Shown: positions 59,008-64,000 of the stretch, piece by piece | How the letters are laid out: each line of letters opens with the position of its first letter | Numbering within the stretch: the stretch's first letter is position 1 | Source of the DNA: Thermodesulfobacteriota bacterium | GTDB lineage: Bacteria > Desulfobacterota_D > UBA1144 > Nemesobacterales > UBA2774 | Reading direction: 5' to 3' | Assembly: GCA_021604765.1 (NCBI GenBank) | Contig: BQJP01000008.1 | Coordinates: 918 to 64,917, forward strand | DNA: 64,000 nucleotides | Made by a program: the position numbers and the translations under genes | The notes under the pieces: generated by a model | What the model saw: only the letters and a program-made list of their open reading frames with translations | Database searches by the model: none | Told to the model about the DNA's origin: nothing

Positions 59008-59229
59008 TCATAAATTTCCTTCGATGCCCAAGTCAGTGGATTTGCCAGTAACAGAAGAGTATTTCCCTAATATGTCAGTCCCTTTTCTCACACTTTCTTC
59101 TGGATGACTATATCTCTCGGTTATCTTTACTGTTGAATGGCCTAGTAGCTTTGCTACTGCATGAAGAAGTATTTCAGACCCTACTAATCTTGTAGCTACA
59201 GTATGACGTAAGCCGTGAAATCCGAGACC
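59008..59229 (-). pseudogene. Tyrosine recombinase (phage integrase) C-terminal remnant
   Basis: Minus-strand translation GLGFHGLRHTVATRLVGSEILLHAVAKLLGHSTVKITERYSHPEE…* carries the catalytic-box R, H.LGH and Y. An in-frame stop lies immediately upstream, leaving only ~73 codons. Confidence 0.75.
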
Positions 59230-59351
59230 TTATTTATTCTGATCTATCAATCTCACAATTTGTATATTAAATACAAAAAGAAAAATATATAATATGGTAT
59301 TGAACCTTTCTGGCTCATGGTGTTACTTACTGTTCAAACGGATAGGAAAAA

Positions 59352-59930
59352 ATGAATAAAACACCGGAAAATACAAATCATTCAGACTTGCAACTGATAG
59401 AGGAAATTGTGGATAGCAACAAAGAGGCGTTTAAAGCTCTCTATGAAAAGTATGTACGGCAGGTTTTCTCTTTTGTTTACAAAATAACGAGGGATTCAAA
59501 GCTTACAGAGGAAGTTGTAAACGATACCATGTTTGAGGTTTGGAAAGGTGCTGCAAATTTCAAAGGAAATTCAACTGTATTGACGTGGATTTTTGGAATT
59601 GCACATAACAAATCGATGAACGAGCTTAGAAAGAAAAGACCTGAAGCCCTCGATCCTGAAGAGTTCTCAAGATTTGCAAGTTCCGATGAAACTGCGGAGG
59701 AAATTGTGGTGAAGAAAGATAGATCAGAAAGAATGAATTATGCTATGAGCGAACTTTCCCCAGAGCATAGAACAGTTTTAGAGCTTACTTTTTATAACGG
59801 TTTGTCATATCAGGAAATAGCAGAAATTATGGAATGTCCCGTAAATACAGTAAAAACCAGGATGTTTTATGCAAAAAATAAGCTTAAGGAAAGTCTCAGT
59901 AAATACGGAATCAATCAACAGGAGTTATAG
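59352..59930 (+). CDS. ECF sigma factor
   Basis: Region 2 …EEVVNDTMFEVWKGAANF… and region 4 …LSYQEIAEIMECPVNTVKTRM…. Confidence 0.8.
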   Translation: MNKTPENTNHSDLQLIEEIVDSNKEAFKALYEKYVRQVFSFVYKITRDSKLTEEVVNDTMFEVWKGAANFKGNSTVLTWIFGIAHNKSMNELRKKRPEALDPEEFSRFASSDETAEEIVVKKDRSERMNYAMSELSPEHRTVLELTFYNGLSYQEIAEIMECPVNTVKTRMFYAKNKLKESLSKYGINQQEL

Positions 59931-59932
59931 CT

Positions 59933-60643
59933 ATGAGCGATAAAAATATATCACACGAAGAAATCAATCTTCTTCTCCCATGGTACTTAAACGGAACACT
60001 TGAGTCAGAGGAAAAAGAGATAGTAAAGAAACATCTCTCAGACTGTTCGCTATGTCATATGGAAATTGAAGAGCTCAAAATGTTGAGAAGCACCGTACTG
60101 GAAGCTAACGAAGCTCAGAATGAAATGCTAAGTGTCCCTGTTGAAAAGATGGAAATGAACGTCATGGATAGAATTGACTCCTTTGAGGAATCGATTGAGC
60201 AAAAAACTCAAAGGGTTCCAATTGATGATACAGATTCAATATGGTCCAAGGTGCAGGGATTCTTTGATGGGATCGCCCTACCTTCACTATCACCAGTAGG
60301 AATGGCCGCACTTTTTGTCATACAGTTTGCAATTATATTAGGTCTGGCCGGGACGCTATTTTTTACAGAGCCTGAGTATGAAGTCCTTAGCGGAAACACC
60401 CAGACTGAAGTAATTAGCGGGCCGACGATTATGCTTTCATTCAAAGACAGTGCAACAGAAAAAGAAATACGCGAAATTTTAAGGGAAATTGATGGCCGAA
60501 TAATTGACGGTCCCAAAGCTGGTGGATTATATATTGTAGAGTTACCTGAAGAAATGACTAATGAGAAAATAATGGAAAATGTAATTGATGATCTGAGCTC
60601 AAATACAAAAGTGATAAAAAATGTCTTTAAGGGAAGCAAGTAA
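59933..60643 (+). CDS. Membrane anti-sigma factor with zf-HC2-type N-terminus
   Basis: H..DCSLCHMEIEEL (HxxxCxxC), one TM (…ALFVIQFAIILGLAGTLFF…), and a periplasmic C-domain. Confidence 0.65.
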   Translation: MSDKNISHEEINLLLPWYLNGTLESEEKEIVKKHLSDCSLCHMEIEELKMLRSTVLEANEAQNEMLSVPVEKMEMNVMDRIDSFEESIEQKTQRVPIDDTDSIWSKVQGFFDGIALPSLSPVGMAALFVIQFAIILGLAGTLFFTEPEYEVLSGNTQTEVISGPTIMLSFKDSATEKEIREILREIDGRIIDGPKAGGLYIVELPEEMTNEKIMENVIDDLSSNTKVIKNVFKGSK

Positions 60644-60676
60644 ATAAGGTATTTTTATTGCTAAGGTCAAATTGAT

Positions 60677-62395
60677 ATGTTGAGAATGAAAATAAACATA
60701 ATAATAGTTGTTTTAATATATGTCTTTTGTTTAGCATATATTGCTGGTGCCCAGGAGAATAAGCCACCTAGCAATCCCAATATTCCTACTAATCCTAATG
60801 ACCCAACTTTCCCAAGAGATCCGAATCAAGGACAACGCATCATCGTACCACCACCGAATAAAGTAATTGTAATCCCGGATGTAGATGATAATCCCAGAAT
60901 ACCGGACAATAACCCTAATAAGCCAGACCGTAACCCACCACGAATACCTGACTATCCAAATAATCCAGGCAGAGTACCCGGTACTCCTGACAGATTAGAT
61001 CCTGAGCCTGAAATACCAAGAGAGCCTATCGCTGAACCAGAGATCCCAAGGGACCCCGTCGCTGAGCCTGATATTCCAACTGTGCCGGATGTACCTGAGC
61101 AACCACAAGGTGTACCAAAAGATCCTGTTGTTGATCAAAATGACCCCAATATTCCCAGACCTGATGACCAAATACCGGCCGCACCAAAACTTCCGGATGA
61201 CCCTTCATTAATTCAGCCTGACATGGAAACTGAATTTCTCACAGCTCCGGTATTTAAAGATGTAACACCCAAAATATTAGAAAGCGACCTAAATAATTAT
61301 ATCCCGAATCAAGTACTGGTGTTGTTAGAGGGCTCGTCAGAAAAGCAGCAAGACATTGATTCTCTGTCCCAAAGCTATAACATTAATAGTATAGACAGTT
61401 CTGTACTAAGCTCTATAAATGCTACTATGGTGCTTTTTGAAATACCTGACAACAGAGGTGTCATTGACGTCTCTAGAACCCTGGCAGCGGATTCAAGAAC
61501 TTTAGCCGCTCAACCTAATTTTTACTTCGAGGGCATGAGCGAAAACAACATTCAATATGGTGTACAGAAGATTAAAGCTGATTCTGCACATAGTATTTCT
61601 ACCGGGAAGGGGATAAAAGTGGCAGTAATAGATACTGGTATAGATTACAGTCATAAAGCTATAGCAAATAAAATATTTATGAAATCAGATTTTGTGGATA
61701 CAGGCTCCTATGAGTTTGATGTACACGGAACATCAATAGCCGGGATTATTGCTTCAACATCAATTGAAGACGGTATAACCGGAGTAGCGCCTGACGTTAA
61801 GATAATTGCAGCAAGAGCTTGTTGGAAAGATCCCAAAAATAAAATTAATACCCTATGTTCATCTAATACTCTTGCTAAAGCACTAAACTACGCCATTTTA
61901 AATAAAGCGCATATCATAAACTTGAGTTTAGGCGGTCCAAAGGACAATATCGTTTCCCTGCTGATAACTAAAGCTAGTAGAGCTGGTATTGTGATAGTTG
62001 CTGCTGCTGGTAATGGAGGCCCCAAAGGCAAGCCGGTCTATCCTGCGGCTTTAAAGGAGGTAATTGCTGTTTCTGCAACTGATTCAGATGATAAACTCTA
62101 CCAATCCTCGACCAGAGGTAAGTATATAGATTTATCAGCACCTGGTGTAGATATCTTAAGTACTGCTCCTGGAAACTCCTGGCAGGTTATTTCAGGAACA
62201 TCCATGGCCGCGGCTCATGTAACAGGGGCTATAGCACTGGTTCTTCAGAAACACCCTGAGTTATCAGCGTTTCAAATGAAAAGCTTGCTTGGATCTACTT
62301 CCATAGATCTGGGCAAGAAAGGCAAAGATATTGAGTTTGGAGAGGGTAGAATAGATGCTTTAAGCGCTCTTCACAAATTAAAGACTAACCCCTAA
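60677..62395 (+). CDS. Secreted subtilisin-like S8 serine protease with N-terminal Pro-rich low-complexity region
   Basis: Signal peptide, about 150 aa of P/D/N/E-rich repeats (…PEIPREPIAEPEIPRDPVAEPDIP…), and the catalytic triad VIDTGID / HGTSIAG / GTSMAAAHVTG. Confidence 0.85.
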   Translation: MLRMKINIIIVVLIYVFCLAYIAGAQENKPPSNPNIPTNPNDPTFPRDPNQGQRIIVPPPNKVIVIPDVDDNPRIPDNNPNKPDRNPPRIPDYPNNPGRVPGTPDRLDPEPEIPREPIAEPEIPRDPVAEPDIPTVPDVPEQPQGVPKDPVVDQNDPNIPRPDDQIPAAPKLPDDPSLIQPDMETEFLTAPVFKDVTPKILESDLNNYIPNQVLVLLEGSSEKQQDIDSLSQSYNINSIDSSVLSSINATMVLFEIPDNRGVIDVSRTLAADSRTLAAQPNFYFEGMSENNIQYGVQKIKADSAHSISTGKGIKVAVIDTGIDYSHKAIANKIFMKSDFVDTGSYEFDVHGTSIAGIIASTSIEDGITGVAPDVKIIAARACWKDPKNKINTLCSSNTLAKALNYAILNKAHIINLSLGGPKDNIVSLLITKASRAGIVIVAAAGNGGPKGKPVYPAALKEVIAVSATDSDDKLYQSSTRGKYIDLSAPGVDILSTAPGNSWQVISGTSMAAAHVTGAIALVLQKHPELSAFQMKSLLGSTSIDLGKKGKDIEFGEGRIDALSALHKLKTNP

Positions 62396-62489
62396 TTCTT
62401 TAACATATCCAAATATTTTCTTCTTTTTTTGAACCTTTTATCTCCTAGCTGTTACTTACAGTTTAAATAACACTTTAGGAGGAGATAGA

Positions 62490-64000
62490 ATGACTCATTT
62501 AAACCTAAATTCACAATCAAGATTAATAGTAATGTCTTTGTTAATTTTATTATCAGTACTTTATTTTCAATTTGGAGATAGTGCATACGCACAAAGTTTC
62601 CCTATAAAAAACCCTAAACCTAGTCCTACACATCGTCCCCCACCCGATAGGTTTGATCCACCTCTAGTAGGCAATCCAGAGAAGGAATACGGAAGAGCGG
62701 CAGACAGAATGGAAGTTAGGTCTGAGACCCATATTGGATGCAGGATTAAAAATTCATCCTATGCATCTGAAGATACCAAAGAATGTATTAATGACGGCCC
62801 ATCACCTGAATATCAAGTTATGTTGGACCAATTCGTTAAAATGCCGGCAGAAAGCAAAGGGTTTGTTGATATACCAAGGGCTGCAAGCAAGTTTGTTGCA
62901 GACGAAGATGAAACATTTGTTGCAATTACTTTCTCTGCTATGTCTTTTACATCGTCCACTGATGAGGACGAGGCGCTTGAAATCAGAGTGCTGGTAGACG
63001 GAATGGTTGCTGAGCCAGGCGAGATTGAATTTGTAGGCGGAGCAAGCCCTGTATTAACTTCACCAAGCCAGTCGTTTACTTTCTATACTACTGTCGATAA
63101 AGGCATCCATACTGTACAAGTTCAGTATTCAACAGAGAACATAGCCTCAAACAGCTCATATCTTAGAAACGCTTCGATTAAGATCAGTACTGATTTAGAT
63201 GGAATAGGTTCTAAAAAATTATTTATAACAGATACCGCTGTCTGGACTCAGATTACAGGTGCTGAGTTCAATTTCGTTATGCCAGCAGATGCTGAAGCAG
63301 CAATAACATTTTCATCCTCTCTAAAGATGGAGCAGGGAGATTTTATTATGCTCCGAGCTGTTGTTGATAATGGTGTATTTGTTCTCTATCCAAAAGAGGT
63401 AACCCTTGCCGGGCGCAAATATCATACTGAAGCAAACAGTGTTACGTTCAATGCTGAGGAGCTTCCTCCAGGAGCCCATACTGTTAAGTTTGAGTGGAGA
63501 TCAAGCTTAACTGATGAGATCGCAATTGCTGAGATGACAGCATGGTCAATTATTGTACAGACCAGGGTAAATGACTCAAAGGATACTTACTTTGACGTTG
63601 TCTCACAGTATGACACTGCAAGTACAGTTGAAACTTATTTTCAGGAAATACCTAATCTTGTAACTCATGTGGAAGTTGATGAGGTATCAGATATAGCTGT
63701 AACTTTTAGTGGCGTTCTCTATGGACCAGGAGTAATTATAGTTGCTCCTATGATAGATGGTTTTGTTGAAACTGATCAAGAGGTTGTTCTTCATCATCCT
63801 TATATCACTTATGAAAACGATGATTTCAAAAACCCAATATCGAATAATACAGGAATAGCTAGCTATACATTTGCTTTAAAAGAACTTTGGCCTAAACAAG
63901 CTGGTTACGATATTGGAGTTGCTTTCCGAGTAGTTCAAGCCGGAGTTAGCACAGATCCCGCAGGTTATGTAACTGACGCAACTCTTACAGTAGATAAGAA
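62490..64000 (+). CDS. Large secreted hypothetical protein (3' end outside window)
   Basis: ATG 62490 encodes MTHLNLNSQSRLIVMSLLILLSVLYFQFGDSAYA (signal peptide). By manual translation the frame stays open to the window end. The ORF-track entry at 62734 lies in another frame inside it. Confidence 0.5.
   Translation, partial: MTHLNLNSQSRLIVMSLLILLSVLYFQFGDSAYAQSFPIKNPKPSPTHRPPPDRFDPPLVGNPEKEYGRAADRMEVRSETHIGCRIKNSSYASEDTKECINDGPSPEYQVMLDQFVKMPAESKGFVDIPRAASKFVADEDETFVAITFSAMSFTSSTDEDEALEIRVLVDGMVAEPGEIEFVGGASPVLTSPSQSFTFYTTVDKGIHTVQVQYSTENIASNSSYLRNASIKISTDLDGIGSKKLFITDTAVWTQITGAEFNFVMPADAEAAITFSSSLKMEQGDFIMLRAVVDNGVFVLYPKEVTLAGRKYHTEANSVTFNAEELPPGAHTVKFEWRSSLTDEIAIAEMTAWSIIVQTRVNDSKDTYFDVVSQYDTASTVETYFQEIPNLVTHVEVDEVSDIAVTFSGVLYGPGVIIVAPMIDGFVETDQEVVLHHPYITYENDDFKNPISNNTGIASYTFALKELWPKQAGYDIGVAFRVVQAGVSTDPAGYVTDATLTVDK

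Noticed and set aside
62734-62997. 87-aa ORF from the track
   Set aside because: It lies in a different frame inside the long signal-peptide-bearing ORF that starts at 62490 and runs to the window end. It is probably not a gene.
1-64000. CRISPR arrays, toxin-antitoxin pairs, restriction-modification or other canonical defence systems
   Set aside because: No short regularly spaced repeats were seen. No cas, helicase-nuclease, methyltransferase-endonuclease pair or other recognisable defence signatures were found. The only nuclease-like gene is a solitary 97-aa HNH protein.

Overview
This is an AT-rich window from a Gram-negative-type chromosome (LolA, SCO1, PCuAC, LolA-type envelope proteins).

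- **1-22 kb, housekeeping core:** sufB(partial)-sufC-sufD-Rieske ferredoxin, a frameshifted lipoprotein, DUF488, ilvD, UbiA prenyltransferase, a class-V aminotransferase, cspA, a CofE-like ligase, GDPD, CDGSH, a TetR + SAM-methyltransferase pair sharing an operator, metG-holB-tmk and a pseudouridine synthase.
- **22.7-25.3 kb:** nuoABCD only, followed by an OmpR/HK two-component system and a 6-bladed propeller protein with an IPTL-CTERM sorting signal.
- **29-40 kb:** lolA-ftsK, an orphan nuoN, a tight TusA-CysM-JAMM(Mec+)-MoeB operon with no visible ubiquitin-like carrier, purSQ, parAB, and an M23 peptidase-bactofilin pair.
- **40.8-42 kb:** PCuAC-SCO1.
- **42.4-59 kb, accessory region:** a tRNA-Met(CAT) at 42420 has a 50-bp exact copy of its 3' half at 58932-58981. 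The two copies bracket a ~16.4 kb putative integrative island, and a tyrosine-integrase C-terminal remnant lies just beyond the right repeat.
  - A perfect sigma-54 promoter (TGGCAC-N5-TTGCA) drives an alpha/beta-hydrolase, isochorismatase and dehalogenase operon, next to a PAS-containing sigma-54 activator.
  - A TetR gene sits beside two palindromic operators.
  - An ECF sigma / cupin (ChrR-like) anti-sigma pair has an own-promoter motif, TG(A/C)TCCAA-N14-CGTA(A/T)(T/A), that recurs upstream of three other island operons: DUF4331-TPR, fasciclin-msrB and a small secreted protein.
  - A second ECF sigma has a divergent RskA-like anti-sigma.
- **59-64 kb:** an ECF sigma, a zinc-finger anti-sigma, a proline-rich S8 protease and a large secreted protein running off the window end.
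- **Non-coding candidates:** a putative ~100-nt sRNA with an anti-SD-like CCUCC repeat and a strong terminator next to the tRNA, several intrinsic terminators, and a cspA sigma-70 promoter.

No CRISPR array and no canonical defence systems were seen.
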